From: the human T2T-CHM13v2.0 reference genome, Homo sapiens
Length of the DNA: 64,000 bases
Reading direction: 5' to 3' (one strand)
NCBI RefSeq assembly: GCF_009914755.1
Contig: NC_060928.1
A model generated the notes under the pieces. That model made no database searches. It was given only the letters and a program-made list of their open reading frames with translations, and was not told the origin of the DNA. Numbering within the stretch: position 1 is the stretch's first letter; every line of letters starts with the position of its first letter. The position numbers and the translations under genes were made by a program. Below are positions 36,478 through 52,858 of the stretch, piece by piece.

Positions 36478-37012
36478 TGAGTGGGAGCAGAAGCTGGCCG
36501 GGAGCTCACAGCTAGGACAAGTTATTCTCCTGCTGCGTGTAAACAATCTCACAGAACACTGACACCAGTCAAGTCACTCTGAGATCATGAGGAAGTGCGA
36601 CAAAACAAGACCACTTCATAATTTTGTCTAAGCACAGACAAAAATGAGGTCACTGTGCAACCCCTAAAACACGAATAGCTCTTCTTTCAGCTAATATGAG
36701 CCTCTAGTGATTCTTTACCTTTAGAATTTTAGCCTTGCTCTAGTCTACTGTCCCTATAAACGTTGAGATGCCCAGTCATAGACTTTCCCTGCATTCTGAC
36801 AGCATTCAATCCAGAGTGAACCCCTACTTCCTTGGATCCTTCCACAGACCACCCAACCGCAGCCCGAATCCAATAGTAGGTCTGATACCCTCTTACTGAG
36901 AAGCCCCACAGTTCCCCATGGTGTGTGTTCTCCCTTGCTGCAATGAGTAATAAACCCAATTCGTTCCACTACTGCTGTGCTCCTGGTGGGCTCTGGCTGG
37001 AGGGCACTGTCA
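36478..37012 (+). mobile_element. ERVL solo LTR (MER54/MER74-group-like)
   Basis: gttccccatggtgtgtgttctcccttgctgcaatgagtAATAAAcccaa...ctctggctggagggca. Confidence 0.65.
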
Positions 37013-37697
37013 TCTCAAGTACATCATTTAATTTCATCCTCATAACGTGAGCATAAGCCTGAATTTATAGATGACGATAAGGCTCCTAAAGGTTAATTTA
37101 ATTCAGAATTACAGGCAGAAAGAGACAAAGCTGGGATTTGAACACTGAGCTTTGAATGTTTCTCACTACCTTGAATGACTGAAGACAGAGAGCAAGATAG
37201 AGAAGAAAAAAGATGTCCAAAAAGAGACAAAAAGATGTTTTTCCTCACCCACTTTAACTGCCACTTTCAAGGAGCAACATCTCCATCTTGTGATATTTTA
37301 TGATACGGGTTTTAAATAATTGAATTTTATAACTGTAGGAGATCGTTCAGACACAACTGAAATTTAAGAGAATACTTAAAAAAATTTGCTCCATAGGCAA
37401 AATAAAATTAAGCCATTACATTAAAAACCACAGCTATGAGGAAAGAAAGGTCTCTTATTGTCATCTGTCTTACTTTTTCTTTTCTGAGGGACAACCCTCC
37501 TGCATCCTTCCACTTTACAATAATGTCCTTCCCCAAGATGGCTGAGTACATACATCTCAAGTACGATGCGTGCCTCTGCATCAAGGAACTTTTGGGTATC
37601 TGAAGGTTAGGAATGGGAGACTTTTCACTGAATATCCTTTTGTATTAAAAAAAACTTAGGAGTATGTGAATATATTACTAATTCAAACACAAAACTA

Positions 37698-38017
37698 ATT
37701 TTTTTTATTTTAAAATTTATTTATTTATTTATTTTGAGACAGAGTCTCACTCTGTCGCCCAAGCTGGAGAGCAGTGGCGCCACTGGGCTCACTGCAACCC
37801 TTGCCTCCCAGGTTCAAGTGATTCTTGTGCCTCAGCCTCCTAAGTAGCTAGGATTACAGGCGCCCTCCACCACATCCGGCTAATTTTTGTATTTTTAGTG
37901 GAGACGGGGGTTTCACTGTGTTGGTCAGGATGGTCTCGAACTCCTGACCTCAAGTGATCCACCCGCCTCAGCCTCCTAAAGTGCTGGGATTACAGGTGTG
38001 AGCCACCATGCCTGGTC
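37698..38017 (-). mobile_element. AluS
   Basis: Antisense dimer. Confidence 0.93.
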
Positions 38018-38480
38018 AATTTTTATTTATTAATTTTTTCAGTCAGAGCAAGATAGCTTGATAATAAATTGACATTTTTAGGGTCAAATATAAAATATGC
38101 ATGTGTCTGCCTTTTATTTTACTTTTTTAAAGAAGTAGACTCTATAACTAAGGTACTACCAGAACACAGTTATCTTCTGGTTTTTCATTTATCTGTTGTA
38201 ATTGACCCAGATTGCTTAAACATGAGAATGTAGCAGCAAAAAAGAAATACACAGGCTAGGAAGCAGAGCTCAATTAAGAATAGAGAAAGCAGAAGAAAAA
38301 GAGAATAGACAAGGAGTCAGATGTAGGGTTCAATGGGAAAGGCAAGCAGTTCAAACTGGAGCAGTGTGAATAGAACCATATGAGTTGAGCAATCCTAAAT
38401 AATCATGCTATCCAGATTTCAAGAAAACCTTTTTCTGAGTCACTTGGAAACATATAATTCTAAATTTAAAACCAGGTAGG

Positions 38481-38908
<428 letters not shown>

Positions 38909-38949
38909 AACTGTACATGCAATAAAAAAAAAATAAACAACTTACCAAT

Positions 38950-38968
38950 TTGCCAGCAGATGGCTCCC
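38950..38968 (+). promoter_or_regulatory. Candidate CTCF site
   Basis: TTGCCAGCAGATGGCTCCC fits core CCASYAGRKGGC. Confidence 0.45.
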
Positions 38969-39879
38969 CAAATCTAGTTTAGAATGAAACAGTGCATCCA
39001 AACATAGTGAGAAGTCATTATTGTTTCAGGGCTTTTGTTTTGAGTGTTTGTTTGATTGGCCTGGTCTGGTTGGATTCATTTTTTGCCAGGGGTGGGGGGA
39101 AGGGGCAGTGATAATTTTTATTTAGTTATATAAAAATATTAAATATCTTCTACCATCATTTCATACGATTCTTCATGATCCTTAACTTTAATGTTAAAAT
39201 GAAAAAGAAATCACAATTTAATTTTCTATATTTTTTCTTTTATATTTGCTCAAGCATTTAAATACCAAGGCAACATGTATAATTTCAGTATAAGGTGACT
39301 CTGACATTTCGCGAAGGAATTCCATGCCCATTAGATTATGTATGCTGAGCATCAGGTTAGGGATCTTTATAAAAACTATACCTTTGCCTCTTTCATGCAG
39401 TCCGATTTGCTACAATATTTTAGCATTGAGGCATGAGCTTTGTTTTGACTCCAAAGCACACACCCAACACTCCCAATGAAATAATTGATTCAGTGGAATT
39501 TTTAGATCTGCCACAATTTTACCAACCCTTTGCTAATGCCAGAATACCTCCAAAAACAATCAAGCTTAGGCTCCGGTGAAAAACTCAGGAACCACCGTCA
39601 AGAAACATATAATAATTAAGTTGCATTTCCCACATTTCTATTAATACATAACGTACAACTCAATTTTGGATTTTTAAAAACTGTTGTCGTATACTATTCA
39701 TTCTTAGTTCCACACTGGTTTAATAGAATCCTTCAAAGAATGTGCTGAGAAACCATGATTATTCTATAATAATGGCTTTCCTGCATTGCAAACGAATTAG
39801 GCTAGAATGTTCTCATACAATGTGAAGGGCACTATTTTAATGTGGCATTCACAAAAAGAGTGTATATGTCATATTAGAA

Positions 39880-40580
39880 GTGGTCTCCATCCTCCAATGC
39901 TCTGTGCCCCAGGAGGGTGCCCTGAATGGAATGCATCAAAGGGCTCCCTTGCTCTCAGACTGTGGGTTGGAATCAGCCAATCGTAGATATTGCAGCAGAT
40001 GGGGAGAGCAGGAAAAGTGAGATCAGAAATATGTTTCTCCAGCTCACTCTCTACTGGTGAGTTGCCATGGGTTGGATGCAAACTTCTACTGAAGGCTATA
40101 GGTTCTATCAGGTGATCTTTTCTTTTCTTTTTCTTTTCTTTTTTTTTTTTTTTTTTGGAGACAAGAGTCTCGCTCTATCGCCCGGGCTGGAGTGGTGCAA
40201 GGGCACCATCTTGGCTCACTGCAACCTCTGCCTCCCAGGTTCAAGCGATTCCCCTGCCTCAGCCTCTTGAGTAGCTGGGATTACAGTCACGTGCCACCAC
40301 GCCCAGCTAATTTCTGTATTTTTAGTAAAGATGGGGTTTTGTCTTGTTGGCCAGGCTGGTCTCAAACTCCTGGCCTCAGGTGATCCACCTGCCTCGACCT
40401 CCCAAAGGGATTACAGGCGTGAGCCACCACACCTGGCCTATCAGGTGACTTTTTCTAAATAGACCTTTCCTGCTCCCTTCTCCCAAATCTGGGGTAGAGG
40501 TTCTGTTTGCTCCATTGGGCCCTTTAGGCACCAGTATCACTATACTGCACTATAATTTTCTGCCCACCCCGTTGCATCTG
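39880..40580 (+). mobile_element. LTR33-like ERVL LTR split by an Alu
   Basis: gctctgtgccccaggagg...gggctcccttgc...gggttggaatcagccaat. Confidence 0.6.
40118..40438 (-). mobile_element. AluS in LTR
   Basis: TSD tatcaggtga. Confidence 0.93.
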
Positions 40581-40849
40581 TAAGTATCCACAAGACTAGG
40601 AACTGTGTCTTATTTTTGTCTTACTGATAGTAGATGTTCAGTAAATCTTCACTTAATCTGATAGAAGTTTTCATAATACAAATTTAAATAATCTTTTTAA
40701 ATCTCTAAAAAAACTTTTAATAATAAAAAGAGTATTTCTCTAACTCTTTTTCACATAAACAAGGGCAAAATCCTGCTGGGTCTTAAAAAATTAAGAAATC
40801 TTAAATGAGTCACTGAAAAGCCTGGTTTAATATTCTTCTCTTAATAAAT

Positions 40850-40985
40850 ATTTATTGATTTATTTATATAGAGAGATGGGGTCTCACTTTATTGCCCAGG
40901 CTAGCCTTGAACTCCTCAGCTCAAGCAATCCTCCCAGCTCAGCCTCCCAAGTAGCTGGGACTATAGGTGTGCCACTGCACCCAGC
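40850..40985 (-). mobile_element. Alu monomer (FLAM/FRAM)
   Basis: Single antisense arm. Confidence 0.85.
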
Positions 40986-41935
40986 ATTATAATAATTTTT
41001 TAAAAGGATTCAAAATTTTAAAGTGATTTTAAAACATAGATGAAAAGGGCTTATATTTTATATTTAATATACACTTTATAATCTTTTAGAATATTATAAT
41101 ATCTTATGAACTTTTTTCTTGCATATGAGATCAATGTTATATTTTTAAAGAGCTAATCATGATATCATCTGAATTTATGGGAACGATACTTAATAGGCAT
41201 TATGTTATATAGAGAAAAGTATGTTTACTTAAGAGAGATCTGATCCATTCTTACAAAGCTTTGGAACACTTACAATAAATAATTTGTAATAGAGTTCATA
41301 ATAGTGGAGACATTATGAACAGGTGGTATCTATTAACAGAATGTGAATTACAGATTTGGCATTTATCTAGTTTATCTAGGTAATCTAGTTATCAGCAATG
41401 CAAAATGGTTGATCTAGATAATCCAATGACAATGAAAAAATTCATTTTAAGCCTTAGATTATTTGAACCAACAATAGATACTGATCAAATTAACTAGAAA
41501 AATGACCAAAGTTAATTTTATTATGAATATATAAATATAGCCCTAAGGTAAGAACAGAACCACTTAGCATTTTATAGTGTTTAACCCTTCAGTTTCCTTG
41601 AAACTTTCACAGGAATTTTACTTCAGCATGAAGTTCAAACATATACTCTTAATTTTTTTCAAAACTCCTTTTAACAATCTCTTCTCCTACTTTAGAAAAT
41701 TAAATATATTTATCCTTTTTTGGTAAGTAAATATTGCAATTTATATTTGGGTTTCACCACATTAGAATTCCTTCCTCTGAAAACATTCATTTCAAGATAG
41801 TTGGGCTAATAAATTTGTGAAAAAATTATTGGCAAAACGAAGTAGAAAAAAGGGGATTAAGTGAAGTCATGCATTATAGTGCTTCATTTACATATGAATA
41901 GAAATGTCAGTGATTAATAATAAATTTTATCTTAG

Positions 41936-42262
<327 letters not shown>

Positions 42263-42364
42263 TGAAAATAAGATATTTCTGATAGAACTAAGATTTCCTT
42301 TAGTGAAAATTTGATACAAACAATACAAATAGTTGGTTTAATACTTATTTAAACAATATGTCTA

Positions 42365-42620
42365 ACATACATATCTACGTATATATGTTGATATATGAAT
42401 GTGTATATATACACACACACACACACAGTTTATCAGTCTGTGTGCTTGTACATATATATATGTATATACAGACATTATGAATAGATAGAAAGATAGATCC
42501 ATTATCTATCCATCTATCTGTGTGTGTATATGTGTATGTATATGTATATATATACACATACACACATATATCTATAGATCGATCGATCAATCGATCAATA
42601 GCTAGGTAGATAGATTGATT
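42365..42620. repeat. Compound microsatellite (TA/CA/TG, TAGA/TCTA, GATC)
   Basis: Read directly. Confidence 0.9.
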
Positions 42621-42649
42621 CTAGGCATATAGGAAAATTTCTGATCAAT

Positions 42650-42910
42650 CATATGCTGACTACTAGGCTAAGTGAGAAGAGACTTCAATGACCACACACT
42701 CCAAGGAATACAGAATTTATAGAATTAATTCACAAAAGTCACTAAACAATAACACAGCAACAACAGCAATTACAAGCAAGAGGCACAATAACAAAACCTG
42801 ATCAGGCAGGGAACATCTGATATCTAGAGTTGCCACAGTATATTATCTAAAATGCCATTTAAAAAAAAAAACATATGAAACATGCAATCAAACAGGAAAG
42901 TATAGCCCTG
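42650..42910 (+). mobile_element. Old L1 fragment
   Basis: tctagagttgccacagtatattatctaaaatg...aacaggaaagtatagccc L1M motif. Confidence 0.5.
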
Positions 42911-42911
42911 T

Positions 42912-43258
<347 letters not shown>

Positions 43259-43346
43259 CCTTTCTTATCATTTAAACAGAGCCCTAATGATGATCTAACT
43301 GAATGCCCTTACTGTCTTAGAATATTTTTAGTTAATATTAATATCT

Positions 43347-44395
<1,049 letters not shown>

Positions 44396-45139
44396 ATCCA
44401 AAGAAGTTTAACTATATGGACCTTTGTCAAAAACTTACAAATACAGCTTCAGTATAAAATTGACAATATAGGTATTAAAACTTCACAAATTTTAATTTCT
44501 TGAGGCTGCTTGCCTCATTTATGTCATCTCTTACTATAATGTAATGAATGAAAGGTATGAATTAATGAATGAAGGGTATGAATGAAATAAAACAGGGAGA
44601 AAAAATTAATCTTGCTGAGTTTTTCAGTGACTAGAAATATTTTTGTCCTTAGATTTTAATGTCCTTAACCTTGATAGAAATGAAATTCATCAATGCTGAC
44701 CACTGAGTCTAGAGAACAAACATGTAATGAGGCCTTTAGGGGTAGTTTTAGAAAAACTAAAGGAAAAAATTACCTTTTATATTGAGTAATACATTTACAA
44801 AATCACTCCCCAGAAGCAAAACATCAATATGGCCCCAGGAATGGCTTAGGAAGATAGCTGATGACAACATTAATATCCCCTTTTCCAGAAAACACTCTGA
44901 CTCTTCAAGCCATTGAATTTCATCACTAGTCTTCCTTCTTTACCAATTACCTTCAGCCTCTTTTGTTCAGATTTGGTCACAAGGAAGAACAGCATAAGCA
45001 ATGGTAAGGTATTGGAAGGTGAAGGATGGCAGTAAGGGAGTAAAAAATTGCATGAAAATCCAAGACCAGGAACCATAATTCAGGAACCTTCATCTCATTG
45101 ACCTGCTATTCCTTCTGCCATTAAAAAATACCTGTTTAA

Positions 45140-45780
<641 letters not shown>

Positions 45781-46297
45781 TATTTATCTCCATTTTCTGA
45801 AAAGGACATAATAATAAACCATGCTGGTTAAGTTGTAAGGAAGGAGTATGCACAAGGTGCACAAGCTACCCCATAACATTTCAGGAGAAAACGATTTTTT
45901 TAAACTCCTCGAAGTATGCAAAATCAGCTACAAACAATATGAAATACAAGTTACAGTTCTGTTTGTTCTATAGCAGTGTAAAAATCACAAAACTCTCATC
46001 AAAATAGAAAATAAGAGCAATGACATACCATAAGCACCTTGTATACTTTAACCAACGACATTTTAATTGGCACCATCTCTGCCAGACTAGTATTAAGCCT
46101 GGCATCAGGCACGAGTTTATTAATTAATGTGCTCACATACTTTTAATGATATTTGGTAAACTGATTTCTTACTTTTATTCTTTCTTGCTTCCTTAATTAA
46201 GTCCTAAATGTGGAGAGATCTTTTTGTACCACATCAAGCCATGCATGCCTCCAAAGTGTTTTAGTGACACTGTGCCTATGCCAGCGAGGGCCTCATT

Positions 46298-46310
46298 GTT
46301 GCTAAGCAAC
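46298..46310. promoter_or_regulatory. Distal RFX palindrome
   Basis: GTTGCT-A-AGCAAC, perfect inverted half-sites. Confidence 0.55.
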
Positions 46311-46696
46311 CTAAAACATTTATTTTTGTTTTTGACTTCCTATCACTTTTTCCTGTTGATGGCCAATCCTTCTCAGTCTCTTCAAATCCTTCTCCACCCA
46401 CTATTTTCTTAGTAAATAAATCGTAGACTTGAACATATCAGGAAATAGCTATAAAGAGTGAAGAGACTTGCCTGGTGTTATACAACTAATTGATAATATT
46501 AAAACTAGAAACCAGGTCCATTGAGTCTCTCTAGTTTCAAAATTCCCACTATTACAGGATCATATAAATGGGCTGAATTCATGTGTGACATGAGATTTTC
46601 CTAATTTCTTTTTTGCCAGTTCTGATTTTCTTGTATTTCCTCTCTTTTGCTGCAGGGGAAGCACCGTTCCTCTAACTTTTTAAAAAATATATATAT

Positions 46697-47385
<689 letters not shown>

Positions 47386-47781
47386 TGAGTAGTATGCAGA
47401 TTTGGCATCGAATAACATTTAATCACACAGTGAGAAAGCTGCTTTATATAATGCTTTTTCAATCCTTCTGACAAGGATAAAGTCTCATTTTTGTACGAGT
47501 GTTTAACACCTCTCTGACACTGTCCATTCCCTTTTTAATAAAGAACCATCAACCTCAAGCCTGGGGACATGGCACAACCTTTTCTAGCTAGCATTTAACA
47601 GTATTGTTCTGCTTTTGTGGTGGTTGCTTTCATTTATGGCAAATAATGCTGACTTTCCATTTTTAGTTTTCAATTTAAGAAAGTGAATCTGATTTAAAGT
47701 AAAATATTGAGTAAATACTATACATGGTTGTATATGTATATATGGCAAAAAAAAAAAAAAAATCATGAAGGCAGTGCTTGA

Positions 47782-48174
<393 letters not shown>

Positions 48175-48740
48175 TGAATCTTCTTTCCCCTTGTATCCTA
48201 GGTCACTCAAACTCCTCCTTATTTGCTCTTGTCATTTTTGGCTTCTAAATATCAAGAGTGTTCTTTCTAACGGTGCTGTCTCTGAACTGCTATGGTGTGG
48301 AGTTCCATTCTTCTCCACTTGCACCACCCTTCAGGAATCAGCTTCGTTAGAATCTTCTGCATCCAAATTAAGGGAGAATTTTTTTTCTCCTCTGCAAGTG
48401 GTTATGACTCTTTGGCTAATCTTTTGGCTAAGTATTAAGAGGACACTTGAGTAGGCTACTCTCTAGCATATGTAAAGTGTTCCTGCATACCAACTTTCAC
48501 CCAGTATCACAGAACGAAGTTCATCTACCTCAGGTGATGCTTTCTTGAGCATCTATTCCCTTTCATCCTCTGGGGATGTAATAACTCAGCATCTGACCGT
48601 CAGCCCCCAAATGTACCTTACCCACAAGGCCCAAATGATCCTCAAATGGCAATCCTGATGGCCTGCCCTAGTCCCCAGAGTTTCAATTGGATATAGCTTA
48701 GGTCTACAATAAAACACTTTATAAAACAAAAATAATTAAA

Positions 48741-49005
48741 GGCTGAGCATGGTGGCTCATGCCTATAATCCCAACACTTTGGGAGGCCAAGGTGGGAGGA
48801 TTCCTTAAGCTCGGGGGACACCAGCCTGGGTAACATGGTGAGACTCCACCTCTACAAAAGTAAAAAACAATTAGCTGGGTGTGGTGGCATGCCTGTTGTC
48901 CCAGGTACTCAGGAGGCTGAGGCAGGAGGATTGCTTGAGCTACCAGGAGTTCAAGGCTGCAATGAGTTATGATCACACCACTGCACTCCAGCCTAGGTGA
49001 CAGAG
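48741..49005 (+). mobile_element. AluJ, tail lost
   Basis: Sense dimer ending gacagag. Confidence 0.9.
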
Positions 49006-50066
49006 GAATCTGCAAAAGGTGTTGCAATGAAAATTTACCATACTGTTTCTAAGAAGCAATAACTGGAAGTTGAGTCCTGGTGTTTAAGAACACAAGTTAA
49101 GATTCTTTATGTTTCTTATGCTTTTTATATTTCTGTAACAGGCTTCATTGGAACTGGGCACCGTTTTATATTGTCTAGATCAAATTGATGCAAGTGAGCA
49201 GATGTATTTTGAATATTCACATGCCTAACATATACTAGTACTCTGAGTCAAATGCAAGAATGTTAATTTACAAATATCTTAAATATTCTACCCCCTGGGG
49301 AAAGAAAAATCATTAATTTCCTTTGGCAGAAAGCCTCAGGTACATTTTGATTTTCTCCTCATGTCTGATTTAATGCTCTGGTCATATTACAGAGTGTAAC
49401 TTAAACAAAAACTACATTTTTTTTTTTTACTATCCTGCTTTCACAACAATTGAACTCATATGCCTGTCTCTATGGTTACTTTTTTACAGTGTTCACTGAA
49501 ATTTAATATGCTCTCCTCTGACCCTCCCCTCAAATACATTAAGTCCACAATGAGGCTATAAACCAGGAGTGAGAAGTAAGGAGGCAGGATTATATACATG
49601 ATTAAAGTAAATAGTAACCATGAATTTGCTAACCCCACAACTCTTTGCCTAAGCTCTACCTTGGGGATAGAGACTCGTTAAACCTTGTTTTCAATATAGT
49701 AAACTGTTACTTACATTGAACTATTATTAAAGAAAATAAACTCTTCAAATTATATTTTGAATGACAATATTTCAAAGTTTATAGCTAGCTATTGCCTCAC
49801 ATCACTGTGTACTGGGTGATGCATGATAAAATATATCATGACCTCTAAGACACCTTCCATATTTGTAATCTTCTGTGAATGTCTGTATGTGAAAGAGAGT
49901 GATATTTTGCTAGCATCTGGGAATAAAAAAGATATATAATAAAAATGAAAAGATAAAGATAAAACAAGACTATTTTAGAGTGTGTGTGTTGTGTGGATAG
50001 AAAGATGGCAGAAGGGGGGTAATGCAGGTATGTACACGAATCTTTATAACAAAAATGAAAAGGTGA

Positions 50067-50414
<348 letters not shown>

Positions 50415-50616
50415 AGGTGTCTGATCATTTCTATACATTCATTATTTTACTTGTAGGGCTGAACACAATGCCAGGGACACAGCAAGAATTTAATATATAC
50501 TTGTTAAACGAACGAATGAATGCATGTATACATAAAATGTTACGGAATGTTTAACGTATTCCGGGGATAATGAAAGTGGGTGGATTTCTGAGAGAAGGGG
50601 TCAGGGTTAGAGTTCT

Positions 50617-50900
50617 GTACTGCTAATTTTTTCCCCATTATCCATTCTCTCCTTCTTCTACAGTAATAGTTCCCTTATTTTTAGCTGGACACATTTACCA
50701 GCCTCTTGGTTGCTGGGTATATGACTGAGTTCTGACCAATAAAATGTGAGCCAAAGTGATATGTGCACCTTTCAGGTCATTGAAAAATATGGGCTGCCCT
50801 CTCTTTCCCCTTCATCCTACTAACCACTGGCTGGAAATGGAAATGGCCTTAGCCTAAAGAAGGAAGGGCAAATCCCTAAGGAGGAAAGGCAGAGGTGGAA
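50617..50900 (+). mobile_element. LTR16/MLT1-like LTR remnant
   Basis: atgactgagttctgaccaataaaatgtgagccaaagtgatatgtgcac. Confidence 0.55.
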
Positions 50901-50927
50901 TTAGGACCAGTTGTCTTTCAACTATAC

Positions 50928-51562
<635 letters not shown>

Positions 51563-51596
51563 AACTACGTCAGACTACCTCAAAAATATCCCCAAA

Positions 51597-51608
51597 TGTT
51601 TATAAACA
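51597..51608. promoter_or_regulatory. Palindromic double forkhead motif
   Basis: TGTTTATAAACA, a perfect palindrome with ATAAACA (RYAAAYA) on both strands. Confidence 0.45.
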
Positions 51609-51795
51609 AAGCCAAGGGCACGCACTCAGGCCCGGTGAGGTCCAGGAACTGTGCAAGAGGCCTCTGGCTCGGAGGGGCTGAAACAGGTGTCTCCGCGCGC
51701 TGGGGGAAGAGCGACTCTCCCGGCAACAGGTAGCACCCGCCAAATCCCGCGGGAACGGCCCTCGCGCCGCGCCCCCTGCCCCACCTCCGCTCGCG

Positions 51796-51809
51796 GTTGC
51801 CATGAAGAC
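51796..51809. promoter_or_regulatory. RFX X-box
   Basis: GTTGCCATGAAGAC; reverse strand GTCTTCATGGCAAC fits GTHNYY-AT-RRNAAC. Confidence 0.7.
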
Positions 51810-52168
51810 CCGGTCCGGGAGCAGTCGACTGCCGGAGACTCGGGAGGCTGAGCTTTCCTCGGCCTGAGCCAGCCAGACCCCGGGCACCGCGCTCACCCCT
51901 CTTCGCCGCCACGTCCGCGAAGGCCTCACGCGCGAGGCCAGGCGAGGCCCCGAGGCGCCCACCACTTCACGACACCGGAGCGAACCGGGCGCCAGAGGCT
52001 GCGACCCCCCTGCCCCGAATCCTGCCGGTGGGAGTGGCTGCATTTGAACCAAACGGCCTTCGCGGGCAGCAGCCGTCGCCCCGCAGTCCCGGGGCTCCCA
52101 AGGGCCTGTGACCGACGCCGCCCTCCGCGTCTTCGTCCCCGAAGCCCCGGGAACCATCCGCCCTCGGG
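51810..52168 (+). other. NSUN7: NSUN7 non-coding exon 1 (5' UTR); start approximate
   Basis: Within CpG island; ends at donor CGGG|GTAAGG (52168/52169); TSS cannot be fixed from sequence. Confidence 0.65.
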
Positions 52169-52469
52169 GTAAGGGAGGAGTCGGGGGAGCCGGTGACTGG
52201 GCTGTGGGGACGCGGACGGGGCTCCGGGGGCAGCTCTGCCCCCAGACTGGCTTGAGGGAAGCCGTCGGTCTCCTTGGGGCTCTTCTCCCTCCGCCGCTGC
52301 ACCCCTCCTCGCTTTTTTTTTTTTTTTGAGCGTCCCAGGCTCGAAGTCTGGGACACTCAGATGGGACGGGAAATGCTCCCTCTTAGTCTTTAAGGCCACA
52401 ACGAAGGGGGCCACCCACAGGGGTGCTGCAGAAAGAGTGATTTACTGCAATCACCTTCTCTCTTCACAG

Positions 52470-52560
52470 AGACCATGCTGCAGATGCGAGGAAAGCCGTT
52501 TCCTGGAACATCGGAATTCTAACCCCAGGGTGAAGGACTCACGACAGGCGAGGGGCAGAC
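52470..52560 (+). other. NSUN7: NSUN7 exon 2 5' UTR part
   Basis: Acceptor ccttctctcttcacag|A at 52469/52470, upstream of ATG 52561. Confidence 0.8.
52475..52522 (+). other. Upstream ORF in NSUN7 5' UTR (MLQMRGKPFPGTSEF*)
   Basis: ACC-ATG at 52475, second in-frame ATG at 52484, TAA ends 52522, 38 nt before main ATG. Confidence 0.6.
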
Positions 52561-52858
52561 ATGCTGAATTCCACGGGCGAACTGGAGTTTTCGAACGAAG
52601 AAGATCCCGAGATCATCTCCCAACTCACTTCCCTGCCTCTGTCCGGTGGGAAAAGCTCAGCTGGTGTGCCCGAAAAAACGGGCTATCCGGACTCCGTTTA
52701 TGTCATGGCAGCCAACATTTTTCAGGGTATTCGAATCGAAAAGTCGGCACAGAAAGTCTTAATCAAGTATGGGAATGAACCCCTGCGGTCCTTGTCCGAG
52801 TCTGAGGATCAGTCCTTTCAGCGTTTGTCTTATGAGCTGGCTTTCAGTGCCCTGAAAT
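52561..52858 (+). CDS. NSUN7: NSUN7 first coding exon (exon 2 coding part, aa 1-99 plus 1 nt)
   Basis: Translates MLNSTGELEFSNEEDPEIISQLTSLP...YELAFSALK, recognised as the NSUN7 N-terminus; ends at donor AAAT|GTGAGT (52858/52859), phase 1. Confidence 0.95.

Larger units (their letters stand above)
51620..52800. promoter_or_regulatory. NSUN7: CpG island / NSUN7 promoter
   Basis: Abrupt rise in GC and CpG density in non-repeat DNA spanning exon 1, intron 1 and exon 2. Confidence 0.9.

Noticed and set aside
40061-40074. GTTGCCATGG X-box-like word
   Set aside because: Only one good half-site, inside an old LTR
51765-51785. CTCF-like CAGGGGGCGC (minus strand) in the promoter
   Set aside because: Lacks the 5' CC of the core; common by chance in CpG islands
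51580-52778. Long GC-rich ORFs on both strands of the CpG island (185, 162, 150, 129 aa)
   Set aside because: Stop-codon scarcity in GC-rich DNA, mostly non-ATG starts, no recognisable domain
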